From positions 11,557 to 75,556 of the forward strand of contig MFZQ01000014.1 in the NCBI GenBank assembly GCA_001789445.1: a stretch of 64,000 bases of DNA, read 5' to 3'. Position 1 is the stretch's first letter. Each line of letters opens with the position of its first letter. Source of the DNA: Candidatus Roizmanbacteria bacterium RIFCSPHIGHO2_02_FULL_40_13b. GTDB taxonomy: Bacteria > Patescibacteriota > Microgenomatia > UBA1406 > HO2-37-13b. The notes under the pieces are model-generated. The model was not told where the DNA came from and did not search any database. It saw nothing but the letters and a program-made list of their open reading frames with translations. The translations under genes were made by a program, and so were the position numbers. Shown in pieces: positions 1-9,219 of this stretch.

Positions 1-155
1 GGTTTGGGGAGGGTACGATTTTTTATTATCTCAAGGAAATGAGGAAAAATTGGCTAAAGGGAAAGCAAAAATTTCAGCCGCGCTTATTGGGTTTTTTATT
101 CTTATTTTTGCCCTATTTATTGTCCGCATCATTGGTTATATCTTCAAACTCGGTA

Positions 156-857
156 ATGGAATCTTCTAACGCCCCGCTCGTATTATCCTTAGGTGGAAGT
201 TTAGTCTCTACAAAAGAGGGAATTGATACCGCATTTTTGAAAGAATTTAACCAGATGGTGCGAAAATTCGTAAAAGGTGGAAGAAAATTTTTCATTGTTG
301 TTGGTGGTGGCCGGTTATGTCGAGATTATCGAGATGCTGGACAAGAAACTATTGGTGAAGTCACCGATATTGATCTTGACTGGCTTGGAGTTCATGCAAC
401 ACGCGTGAATGCACATCTCATTCGAACAATTTTTAAAGATATCGCCCACCCACGGATCATCGAAAATTATGAAAAAAAACTAAAACCACATGCTGAACCT
501 GTTGTGATTGCCGCCGGTTGGAAACCGGGCTGGTCAACCGATTATGATGCAGTACTTTTGAGCAAAGACTATGGAGCAACTATAATTATTAATATGTCGG
601 ACATTGATTACGTATACGATAAAGATCCAAAAATGCATGCGGATGCAACAATAATAGAAAAAATGTCATGGAACGAATTCGAAAAACTTGTTGGTACAAA
701 ATGGAGCCCTGGGGCCAATGTTCCGTTTGATCCAGTTGCCTGTGCACTTGCCAAAAAGCTTGGATCAACTGTTATAATCACCAATGGACGCAATTTGAGC
801 AATTTAGAAAATATCATTAACGGAAAAAAATTTATTGGCACCGTTATAACGTCGTAA
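156..857 (+). CDS. pyrH: UMP kinase (archaeal-type)
   Basis: Motifs SLGGS, VVGGG, GWKPGWSTDYDA, VYDKDP, PFDP. Start moved from 39 to the ATG at 156. Confidence 0.9.
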   Translation: MESSNAPLVLSLGGSLVSTKEGIDTAFLKEFNQMVRKFVKGGRKFFIVVGGGRLCRDYRDAGQETIGEVTDIDLDWLGVHATRVNAHLIRTIFKDIAHPRIIENYEKKLKPHAEPVVIAAGWKPGWSTDYDAVLLSKDYGATIIINMSDIDYVYDKDPKMHADATIIEKMSWNEFEKLVGTKWSPGANVPFDPVACALAKKLGSTVIITNGRNLSNLENIINGKKFIGTVITS

Positions 858-863
858 ATTTTC

Positions 864-1925
864 ATGATTCTTTCCAAAATCACGCTTTCAAACTTTCGTA
901 ATTTTGATACAAAAAAGGTTGTGTTACATCCGAGCACGACCATTATTACCGGGCCCAATTCTATTGGAAAAACAAATCTCTTGGAAGCTATGTATGTACT
1001 CATTACTGGAGCTGGAATTCGAGACGAAAAACAAGATGAGCTTATTAAAATTGGAGAGAAAACTGCGACTATTGAAGGAAAACTCGAACATAACAACGAT
1101 ATAGATACACTGCGAATCTATCTTGAAAATGGTATTACCGCAAAAAAAGTTTTTAGTATTAATAAAACACAAAAACGCCTGTTTGAATATACGAAACAAG
1201 TGATGCCAACTGTTTTTTTTACTCCAAAACTCGTCCATGTTATTGATGGTGAGCCTGCAAGTCGGCGAAAGTTTATTGATCGAATTCTCTCAAAGCTCGA
1301 TATTGAGTATAAAAAACGGTTGGGAAATTATGAAACTGCACTTCGAAAAAGAAATAAGATTTTAGAAAAAGTGTATGACATCGCAAAATTAAAAGATGAA
1401 CTTCCCTTTTGGGATACTTATTTAATTGAACAAGCGGCATATATCTGTGAAAAGCGAGCATGGTTTGTGGACCAGTTGAACTCTGGAGTTGCTATGCAAA
1501 ATCACCTTTTCTCGATAATCTATACTGAAAAGGAGATTTCAAAAAAAACACTCCAAGATACATTTGATAAACAGTATCAAATAAAATCAACACGTGTTGG
1601 TCCACAACGTGATTCATATGAGATTTTTCAGAAAAATTTACTTCGCCCCGACACAGAGGCAAAAAATGTTCATCAATTTGGTAGCCGCTCCGAGCAACGT
1701 CTGGCCCTTTTTTGGATTATCGTAAATGAGCTCAAACTCTATGAAGAAATCTTCAAAACAGCTCCCCTCCTGTTGCTCGATGACATCTTCTCCGAGCTCG
1801 ATGAAGCAAATAGGGAATATGTGGTTGATTTAATAGGAAAGTACCAAACGGTGATTACAAAAACGGATGAGGAAGTCATCAAACTCGGCAAACTCCCGCA
1901 CTCGACCATTGAAATGGTAAAATAG
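864..1925 (+). CDS. recF: DNA replication/repair protein RecF
   Basis: NFRN, Walker A GPNSIGKTNLLEA, GEPASRRKFID, GSRSEQR, LLLDDIFSELD. Confidence 0.92.
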   Translation: MILSKITLSNFRNFDTKKVVLHPSTTIITGPNSIGKTNLLEAMYVLITGAGIRDEKQDELIKIGEKTATIEGKLEHNNDIDTLRIYLENGITAKKVFSINKTQKRLFEYTKQVMPTVFFTPKLVHVIDGEPASRRKFIDRILSKLDIEYKKRLGNYETALRKRNKILEKVYDIAKLKDELPFWDTYLIEQAAYICEKRAWFVDQLNSGVAMQNHLFSIIYTEKEISKKTLQDTFDKQYQIKSTRVGPQRDSYEIFQKNLLRPDTEAKNVHQFGSRSEQRLALFWIIVNELKLYEEIFKTAPLLLLDDIFSELDEANREYVVDLIGKYQTVITKTDEEVIKLGKLPHSTIEMVK

Positions 1926-1931
1926 AGGTCT

Positions 1932-2018
1932 GGAGGGTTGGCCGAGCGGTTTAAGGCGCAGGTTTCGAAAACCTGTGAGCGAAAGCTCTCAGAGGTTCAA
2001 ATCCTCTACCCTCCGCCA
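1932..2018 (+). tRNA. tRNA-Ser(CGA), CCA encoded
   Basis: Acceptor GGAGGGT/ACCCTCC, anticodon arm caggt-ttCGAaa-acctg, long variable arm, GGTTCAAATCC T-arm. Confidence 0.95.
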
Positions 2019-2046
2019 AAGCCACTGAATATTGTATCCTTAAAGA

Positions 2047-4524
2047 ATGGGGAATGAAAAAGGACTTTCGGGGGAAGAAGCTTCCGCACTACTAAAATCT
2101 CACGGTTTTAATGAGATTGCTGTAAAACCGCGCCAAACTCCACTGCAGATTTTTGTCTCGCAGTTTAAAAGTATTCTCGCCGTGCTTCTTATTCTCGCCT
2201 CCCTCGCATCACTTTTCTTAGGCGACCTTGTTGACGGAGTATTAATCTTACTCATTATCGCAATTAATGGAATCTTGGGATTTATCCAAGAGTATAAAGC
2301 CGAACAAGCAATTGCGGCACTTGGAAAAATGACTGTTTCGAGTGCCCGGGTTGTGCGAGATGGAATTGAGCAAAAGATTGAGAGTAGAGAGTTGGTGCCT
2401 GGTGACATCATTATTTTAGAACAAGGTGATAAGATCCCGGCAGATTGTACGCTTGTTCACAGCACACACTTTGAAGTTAATGAAGCATCTCTTACTGGAG
2501 AGTCCCTCAGCGTTGAAAAAAACCATGAAAAAGAGAGTACAAATAAGATTTTTCTTGGAACGATTGTTGCCAAAGGAAGAGGACGCGCGTTCGTCACTAC
2601 AACCGGCATGCAGACTCGCTTTGGACAAATAGCTAAAAAACTTTCGAAAATTGAAGATACTGCAACTCCACTTGAGAAAAAAATAAATACACTGGCTAAA
2701 CAACTCGGATTCCTCGCGCTTATGGGTGCTATCACCGTTTTTATAGTTGGATACCTCTATAATCATCCACTCGTTCAAATGGTCTTTACAAGTATTAGCT
2801 TAGCCGTCGCGGCTGTTCCGGAAGGATTACCGACTGTCATTACCATAACACTTGCTGTAGGCATGCAGAGAATGGCACGAAAAAAAGCAATTATGCGAAG
2901 ACTTTCATCTATCGAAGCACTTGGTTCTATAACAGTCATTGCGACAGATAAAACGGGCACACTCACCCAAAATCAAATGCGTGTATCTAAAGTTTGGCTT
3001 AATGATTCTTCAGATAAGACAGAAAGGCTACTTCTTGAAGCAGGTGTTTTGTGTAATAATGCAAGTCTTGTAAAAAATAATGATAAAAAACTTGACTTTT
3101 TAGGTGATACTACTGAAGGATCACTCTTGTTGTACGCTGCAAGCAATGATGTGGATGTTGAAAAACTTCGAAAAAGCGGAAAACTCATTGAAGAATTCGC
3201 ATTTGATCCGGCGCTTAAGCTCATGAGCGTTTTGTGGGAAAAAAATGGTGAGAAATATGTGTATACAAAAGGATCGTATGAGTCTATTTTAACAGTATCT
3301 AAGAACGTCGATACAGAAGAAATTGAAAAAATTCATACGGAATTTGCAAGTGATGGACTTCGAGTTATCGCAGTTGCGTATAAAAAAGTTCATTCTATTC
3401 CTAAAAATAGAAAAGAGGCAGAAGATGGTCTTGTGTTTCTAGGGCTTGTGGGTATTGCTGATCCCCCCCGGGACGAGGTTACAGGCGCGATCAAGATCGC
3501 CCGACTAGCTGGAATACGAACAATTATGATAACGGGTGATAACGAACTTACTGCCAGAGCTATTGCATCAAAAATTGGTTTGCTAGAAAATGGTGATGAG
3601 ATTATCACCGGAAAACAGCTTAAAGCTTTAACCGATAGTGAGCTTCTCAATAAACTTGATTTAATAAGAATTTTTGCTCGAACAACTCCTGAACAGAAAC
3701 TTCGTCTGGTGACGCTCCTTCAAAAACAAGGACATATTGTCGCTGTCACTGGTGATGGGGTGAATGATGCACTTGCGCTAAAGCAGGCTGATGTTGGTGT
3801 TTCAATGGGAATAACAGGTACTGATGTTGCTAAAGAAGCTTCAGATATGATTTTGACCGATGACAATTATGCAACACTCGTTACTGCCATTTCCGAAGGA
3901 AGAACGATCTACACAAACATAAAAGCATCGGTTAAGTATTTGGTCGGAAGCAATACAGGTGAGGTAATTACGGTCGTTACTGGAATTTTTCTTGGACTTC
4001 CCCTGATCTTTTCACCAATACATCTTTTATATATAAATCTTGTCTCAGATGGACTCCCTGCTATTTCCCTTGCAATGATGCCAAAACATGCAGGAATCAT
4101 GAAAGGTTCGGTTGTAAGATCCAAATCAATGTTTGACCGGTACGATAAAATTTGGTTTTTTGAAGTGAACTTCATAACAGTTATTATCACAATTCTCTCA
4201 TTTATTATTGGGCTTGCAACAGGTTCTATAGAGACTGCTCGAACAATGGCATTCTCCATATTCGTCTTTGCCCAAAGTTTTATTCTTCTCGATGTATGGC
4301 ATCTCAATAGATCGATTTTGGGTGGAACAATGTTCAAAAGCTTTATTTTTCTATTAGCATTTTTGACTCCTTTTATATTACAGTTACTGCTTATCTACAA
4401 CTCAACACTCATCACGCTATTCAAGCTAAGTCCACTTTCCATTACCCAGTTACTGTATGTTATTTCACTTTCATCAATACTCCTTTTTGTTGCAGAAGTT
4501 CGAAAAGTATTGATAAATCGATAA
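2047..4524 (+). CDS. Cation-transporting P-type ATPase (type II, Ca2+-like)
   Basis: TGES, PEGL, DKTGTLT, DPPR, MITGD, GDGVND. Confidence 0.93.
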   Translation: MGNEKGLSGEEASALLKSHGFNEIAVKPRQTPLQIFVSQFKSILAVLLILASLASLFLGDLVDGVLILLIIAINGILGFIQEYKAEQAIAALGKMTVSSARVVRDGIEQKIESRELVPGDIIILEQGDKIPADCTLVHSTHFEVNEASLTGESLSVEKNHEKESTNKIFLGTIVAKGRGRAFVTTTGMQTRFGQIAKKLSKIEDTATPLEKKINTLAKQLGFLALMGAITVFIVGYLYNHPLVQMVFTSISLAVAAVPEGLPTVITITLAVGMQRMARKKAIMRRLSSIEALGSITVIATDKTGTLTQNQMRVSKVWLNDSSDKTERLLLEAGVLCNNASLVKNNDKKLDFLGDTTEGSLLLYAASNDVDVEKLRKSGKLIEEFAFDPALKLMSVLWEKNGEKYVYTKGSYESILTVSKNVDTEEIEKIHTEFASDGLRVIAVAYKKVHSIPKNRKEAEDGLVFLGLVGIADPPRDEVTGAIKIARLAGIRTIMITGDNELTARAIASKIGLLENGDEIITGKQLKALTDSELLNKLDLIRIFARTTPEQKLRLVTLLQKQGHIVAVTGDGVNDALALKQADVGVSMGITGTDVAKEASDMILTDDNYATLVTAISEGRTIYTNIKASVKYLVGSNTGEVITVVTGIFLGLPLIFSPIHLLYINLVSDGLPAISLAMMPKHAGIMKGSVVRSKSMFDRYDKIWFFEVNFITVIITILSFIIGLATGSIETARTMAFSIFVFAQSFILLDVWHLNRSILGGTMFKSFIFLLAFLTPFILQLLLIYNSTLITLFKLSPLSITQLLYVISLSSILLFVAEVRKVLINR

Positions 4525-4534
4525 TCCTATAGTA

Positions 4535-4563
4535 TTGACAAATGTCCCTCTTTGAGGTATAAT
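4535..4563 (+). promoter_or_regulatory. Perfect sigma70 promoter
   Basis: TTGACA (4535-4540), 17-nt spacer, TATAAT (4558-4563). Confidence 0.85.
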
Positions 4564-4577
4564 TGACAAGTTCCAAT

Positions 4578-4601
4578 AGCCACATTAGCTGTGGTTTTTT
4601 T
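4578..4601 (+). terminator. Intrinsic terminator-like hairpin
   Basis: agccaca-ttagc-tgtggtt followed by a T run. It could end the ATPase transcript or attenuate the new promoter. Confidence 0.55.
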
Positions 4602-4621
4602 GGACATTTTCGCACCTTAAC

Positions 4622-5702
4622 AAAACGGATAGTACAAAAGTGAGCTCAACTCACGAATTTTGAGTACAGTATCGAATACAGTGATATTGTGCCTAGAATC
4701 CGTGAGTTGTAGTTCAAACAAACGGCCTGCTTCATCAGAAGCTTGACCCTCTCATCATCACTGGTCCCCACAGAAATGATGAACCGAACATGTTTTACAA
4801 CCGAAGAAGCACGAGTCGAAGAAGCACCATTCAGGCACCGCGAGCACCGATGGTACCGCTCGCACTACTACTCTTGCTCGTTTTGATCATCCTAGGCAAT
4901 GCCTGGTGGTCACCGACGACGGAGGCCCTTTCGGCACAACCGACAGCAGTTGTAGACGCTCCTGTCCAGATTTCGACAGTGAGAGGACTTGCAACCGCCA
5001 CACCGGAACCACCGATTCACATCGCGTGGTTATCACACACGCTCGACCCGTTCCTCTGGAAACTCGCCAACGCCTGCAATAGGTGGGGCGTGGATCCAAG
5101 ACTGTGTGCCATTGTTGCACTTGTGGAGTCCGGGGGAAACCCGTACGCCGTGAGTGAAAGTGGCGCATATGGGCTGATGCAGATCATGCCAGCAACGGGC
5201 TCGCTCGTCGCTACAAGTCTCGATACCCCAGTGGATATCTACGTCATCGACGACAACGTCAATGCCGGAGCGTTCCTTCTTGGAGACGAGCTTGGCTACT
5301 TTGGATTCCTGCAGAGTGCAGATCCAACCTGGCGATGGAGCGTCATGCGTGCAGCAGCTGCCTTCAACGGTAGCCGCAAGTATGCAGACGAGCTGATCGA
5401 CTACGAGACGCTCAAGGTAGGTGGCAATTGCGCCCTCTACTATCCAGAGATCTTTGACCAGCAAATGCATCGGTATTCCTGCTGGGTAGGCGGCCTCTGG
5501 GACGACATCGACGAGAAGGAAAGCGACACGCTTAACTACTGGCTTGCCAGTGGAGGTCAACGACTGATCGACGATGCCGTAGCCGCAGCACAGCGGTAAA
5601 GCACAAGGGCCAGGAGGCACACAGACGGATGTCAGCGTGATCCTTCCTTCCCCCTTTTTGCCCCAAGCGTTCTCGCGCCCTCGAGACTGTACTATCCGTT
5701 TT
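4622..5702. repeat. 15-bp perfect inverted repeat pair enclosing the SLT gene
   Basis: aaaacggatagtaca (4622-4636) and tgtactatccgtttt (5688-5702). Confidence 0.9.
4790..5599 (+). CDS. Membrane-anchored or secreted lytic transglycosylase (SLT domain), GC-rich
   Basis: N-terminal hydrophobic segment, [30 protein letters not shown]. Confidence 0.85.
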   Translation: MFYNRRSTSRRSTIQAPRAPMVPLALLLLLVLIILGNAWWSPTTEALSAQPTAVVDAPVQISTVRGLATATPEPPIHIAWLSHTLDPFLWKLANACNRWGVDPRLCAIVALVESGGNPYAVSESGAYGLMQIMPATGSLVATSLDTPVDIYVIDDNVNAGAFLLGDELGYFGFLQSADPTWRWSVMRAAAAFNGSRKYADELIDYETLKVGGNCALYYPEIFDQQMHRYSCWVGGLWDDIDEKESDTLNYWLASGGQRLIDDAVAAAQR

Positions 5703-5731
5703 CCAACCCTTTTGCTATAATATTTTTATAC

Positions 5732-6223
5732 ATGAATACTTCTCAAATAAAAATCTTTATCACTGGTGGAACAATTGATGACTTGAATTATGAGAGAGAC
5801 GTCCCTCAAAATCATCAATCCCTCATTACCGGCTTATTAGAGCGAGCGAGAATTACTCCCGATTATGATGTTGAAGTACTCATGCAGAAAGATAGTCGAG
5901 TTATTTCTGATAAAGATAGAGAAATTATTTTAGAAAGATGCAGGAATTGTACTGAGGATGAAATACTTATTACTCATGGCACATACACAATGCCTGGAAC
6001 TGCAAAATATTTAGGCAACACTCATCTTGATAAAACGATTGTTCTTTTTGGAGCACATATTCCTGCAAACAGAGATAATTCGGACGCTCTTTTTAACCTA
6101 GGAACTGCCTTCATTGCCTGTCAATTACTACCAAAAGGTGTCTATATTCTTATGAATGGAAAAGTATTCACATGGGATAACGTCAAAAAGGATTTTCCAA
6201 CCGGGTACTTTAAAGAAGAATAA
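5732..6223 (+). CDS. Short asparaginase N-terminal-domain protein
   Basis: TGGTI, ITHGTYTM, SDALFNLG. Confidence 0.8.
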   Translation: MNTSQIKIFITGGTIDDLNYERDVPQNHQSLITGLLERARITPDYDVEVLMQKDSRVISDKDREIILERCRNCTEDEILITHGTYTMPGTAKYLGNTHLDKTIVLFGAHIPANRDNSDALFNLGTAFIACQLLPKGVYILMNGKVFTWDNVKKDFPTGYFKEE

Positions 6224-6285
6224 TCAAAGAATTTTCTACCTCTTTTTCATGGTATACTTCACCATACTTGCATAGAAAATCGCGT

Positions 6286-8046
6286 ATGAGTACACTCACA
6301 CACTCCATTGAAGAAATAAAAAATAAGCTTGATATCGTTGATTTCATTGGTGGCTATACGACACTGAAAAAGATGGGACGAAATTATAAAGCCAACTGCC
6401 CGTTTCATACCGAAAAAACTCCCTCATTTGTAGTTTCCCCAGACCGGCAAATTTGGCACTGTTTTGGCGCATGTCAAGATGGGGGAGATGTGATTAAGTT
6501 TTACATGAAGTGGGAAAATGTGACTTTTTTTGAAGCGCTCAAAGAGCTTGCTGTTCGAACTGGCGTAAAGCTTGAAACGAGTGAGGTCGAGGATCATACG
6601 TGGCAAAAAAAGGCACGAATGTTTGAAATAAATGCACTTGCGGCAAAATATTACAATTACCTTCTTGTAAACCATAAAGTCGCAAAAGTTGCCCGCGAGA
6701 TTCTTGAGAAAAGAAACATTTCAGACAAACTCATCAACACGTTTCAACTTGGATATGCTCCCAATTCGTGGGATTCGCTCATAAAGTTTTTGACGAAAAA
6801 AAAGTATTCGCTTCCTGACCTTGAATCGGTCGGACTTGTTATTAAAGGAGATAAAGGAAGTTATTACGATCGATTTCGAAATCGAATTGTTTTTCCACTC
6901 AAAGATAGTCGCGGAAATATTTTAGGATTTTCGGGCCGAGCTATTGAAACTGATGATGGCGGGGCAAAATACATTAATACTCCTGAAACAGAAATTTATC
7001 ATAAACGAGAAACGCTTTTTGGGATTGATATTAGCAAAGAAAGTATTCGTCGTTCAGAGAGTGTTATTTTAGTTGAGGGAGAATTTGACATGATCGCCTG
7101 TTTTCGAGAAGGGGTGGAGAATGCAGTTGCAATAAAAGGCTCTGCAGTGACCAGAGATCAACTTTTAGTAATAAGTCGATTGTGTAAACATATAATTCTT
7201 GCACTTGATGCCGACTTTTCTGGAAGTGAGACAATTAAAAGAGCTATTAAAGATGCACAGATTCTCGATTTCAAGATTGAAGTTGCAGTTCCAAAAAATG
7301 GAAAAGATCCCGATGAAGCATTTTCAATTAATAAGGTTGAGTATAAAAAGATACTCAAAAATCCCCAAAACATTTATGATTTCGTCATTGAAAATACCCT
7401 CGCCCAGTTTCCCAAAATTGATGCATATTCGAAACGTGAAATTGCAGATAAAATTATTCCCTTTGTTGTCTTTATTGAGAATCCTATTATTAAGTCACAT
7501 TACATTCGCCGACTTTCTCAAATATTGGAAGTCGATGAAAATTCTATCCAAGTCGAGCTTACAAATTTCGGAAGAAGCGAAGAGAAAAAAACAAATAAAA
7601 AATTTATTACAGAAAAACCCGTTATAAAAAAAAGAGATGAACTCATCGAACAACATGTATTAAGCAAAACTTTTACTAGTGAAGCTATTGATGAAGCGCT
7701 AGAAAAATTGAAACAAGAAATTACAGAAGATGACTTTACTTCAAATGTGTATCAGAAAATATTTCATGCATTAATTGAAAGTAAAGAGCGTTTTACTGCA
7801 CAAAGTTTTGCAAAATTGTTGCCTGCAGAGTTGCAAGAAGCATATGACCAGTTATTTTTAGGAGCCATGGAAATTCCAACTTCCGATATAGGTGATTTTG
7901 ACAGGACGCTTCTTGAAATGAAACGACTTTCTTTGAAACGAAAAATTCGTGATCTCATACAAAATGAGAAAGACGATAACTTAAAAAGGGTTCAAGAACT
8001 TTCTGATTTATTATCTTCAGTGGAAAAAAGGTTGTTTATGGTGTAA
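6286..8046 (+). CDS. dnaG: DNA primase
   Basis: Zn finger CPFHTEKTPSF..HCFGAC, RFRNRIVFP, KYINTPET, TOPRIM VEGEFD, KDPDE. Confidence 0.96.
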   Translation: MSTLTHSIEEIKNKLDIVDFIGGYTTLKKMGRNYKANCPFHTEKTPSFVVSPDRQIWHCFGACQDGGDVIKFYMKWENVTFFEALKELAVRTGVKLETSEVEDHTWQKKARMFEINALAAKYYNYLLVNHKVAKVAREILEKRNISDKLINTFQLGYAPNSWDSLIKFLTKKKYSLPDLESVGLVIKGDKGSYYDRFRNRIVFPLKDSRGNILGFSGRAIETDDGGAKYINTPETEIYHKRETLFGIDISKESIRRSESVILVEGEFDMIACFREGVENAVAIKGSAVTRDQLLVISRLCKHIILALDADFSGSETIKRAIKDAQILDFKIEVAVPKNGKDPDEAFSINKVEYKKILKNPQNIYDFVIENTLAQFPKIDAYSKREIADKIIPFVVFIENPIIKSHYIRRLSQILEVDENSIQVELTNFGRSEEKKTNKKFITEKPVIKKRDELIEQHVLSKTFTSEAIDEALEKLKQEITEDDFTSNVYQKIFHALIESKERFTAQSFAKLLPAELQEAYDQLFLGAMEIPTSDIGDFDRTLLEMKRLSLKRKIRDLIQNEKDDNLKRVQELSDLLSSVEKRLFMV

Positions 8047-8114
8047 AATACTGCTGTTGAGTTTCCCCCAAAGGGAGATGCTCTCCAAAATTTTTATTAA
8101 TTTTGGCCTATCAT

Positions 8115-9206
8115 ATGCCTTTGCAACGAATTCCAAAATCAATCAAAGAACTACTCAAACAAGGTGAGGAAAATGGTTTTTTGGTTCTTGATGATATCTT
8201 CTTCGTATACCCCGACCCCGAACATCACATTGAAGAAATAGACGATCTTTTTGACAAGTCAATGAAAAAAAAGATTGATATATTTGAAAATGTTTCAACC
8301 CGAGATGAAGAAGACGCTAAAAAAACTATTGAAGAACTTGAACGAGAGCTTAAACAACTCGTTACGATTAGACATGGTGAATCACTTGATCCAATAAAAA
8401 TGTATTTGAAGGAAATTGGTCAATATCCACTTCTTAAATTTGAAGATGAGATCAAACTTGCCAAGGCGTATGAAAAAGAAGATTTAGATGCACGAGAAAA
8501 GCTGATTAAGTCTAACTTACGTCTCGTTGTTTCTATTGCTAAAAAGTATCTTGGCCGTAGACTTTCATTCCTTGACCTCATTCAAGAAGGAAATCAGGGA
8601 CTTATTAAAGGAGTTGAAAAGTATGACTGGCGACGTGGGTACAAATTTTCAACGTATGCAACGTGGTGGATTCGCCAAGCCATCACCCGCGCAATTGCTG
8701 ATCAATCTCGTACAATTCGAATTCCAGTCCATATGGTTGATAACATCAATCGATATTACAAAATTCAACGAAAACTTATTCAAAAACTTGGCCGCGATCC
8801 CTCAAACGAAGAAGTTTCAAAGGAAATGGAAATATCGATTAAAGAAGTTGAGAATTTAATAAAAATTTCACAACACCCAAAATCGCTTTCAACCCCAATT
8901 GGAGATGACAAAGAGACAACGCTTGAACAATTTGTAGCAGATAGTGATCAACCAACGCTTTATGATACTGTCTCAAAAGAGTTTTTGAGAGATTATCTCA
9001 ATGAGGTTCTTGACACACTTTCTGAACGAGAACGAAAAGTGCTCATCATGCGATTTGGACTCGATGATGGAAAAACAAAGACACTTGAAGATGTGGGAAA
9101 AGAATTTAATGTGACCCGTGAACGCATTCGACAAATTGAGGCAAAGGCAATTCGAAAACTTCGCCACCCCACCCGCGCACGTAAACTGAAGGACTTTGTA
9201 GAGTAG
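8115..9206 (+). CDS. rpoD: Primary sigma factor
   Basis: [43 protein letters not shown]. Confidence 0.95.
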   Translation: MPLQRIPKSIKELLKQGEENGFLVLDDIFFVYPDPEHHIEEIDDLFDKSMKKKIDIFENVSTRDEEDAKKTIEELERELKQLVTIRHGESLDPIKMYLKEIGQYPLLKFEDEIKLAKAYEKEDLDAREKLIKSNLRLVVSIAKKYLGRRLSFLDLIQEGNQGLIKGVEKYDWRRGYKFSTYATWWIRQAITRAIADQSRTIRIPVHMVDNINRYYKIQRKLIQKLGRDPSNEEVSKEMEISIKEVENLIKISQHPKSLSTPIGDDKETTLEQFVADSDQPTLYDTVSKEFLRDYLNEVLDTLSERERKVLIMRFGLDDGKTKTLEDVGKEFNVTRERIRQIEAKAIRKLRHPTRARKLKDFVE

Positions 9207-9219
9207 TATAATACGTGTC

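Noticed and set aside
5033-5620. 195-aa antisense ORF over the SLT gene
   Set aside because: Expected shadow ORF of GC-rich coding sequence, with no recognisable motifs.
4622-5702. Retron (a1/a2 inverted repeats) or IS element
   Set aside because: No reverse transcriptase or transposase in the window, and no obvious target-site duplication outside the arms.
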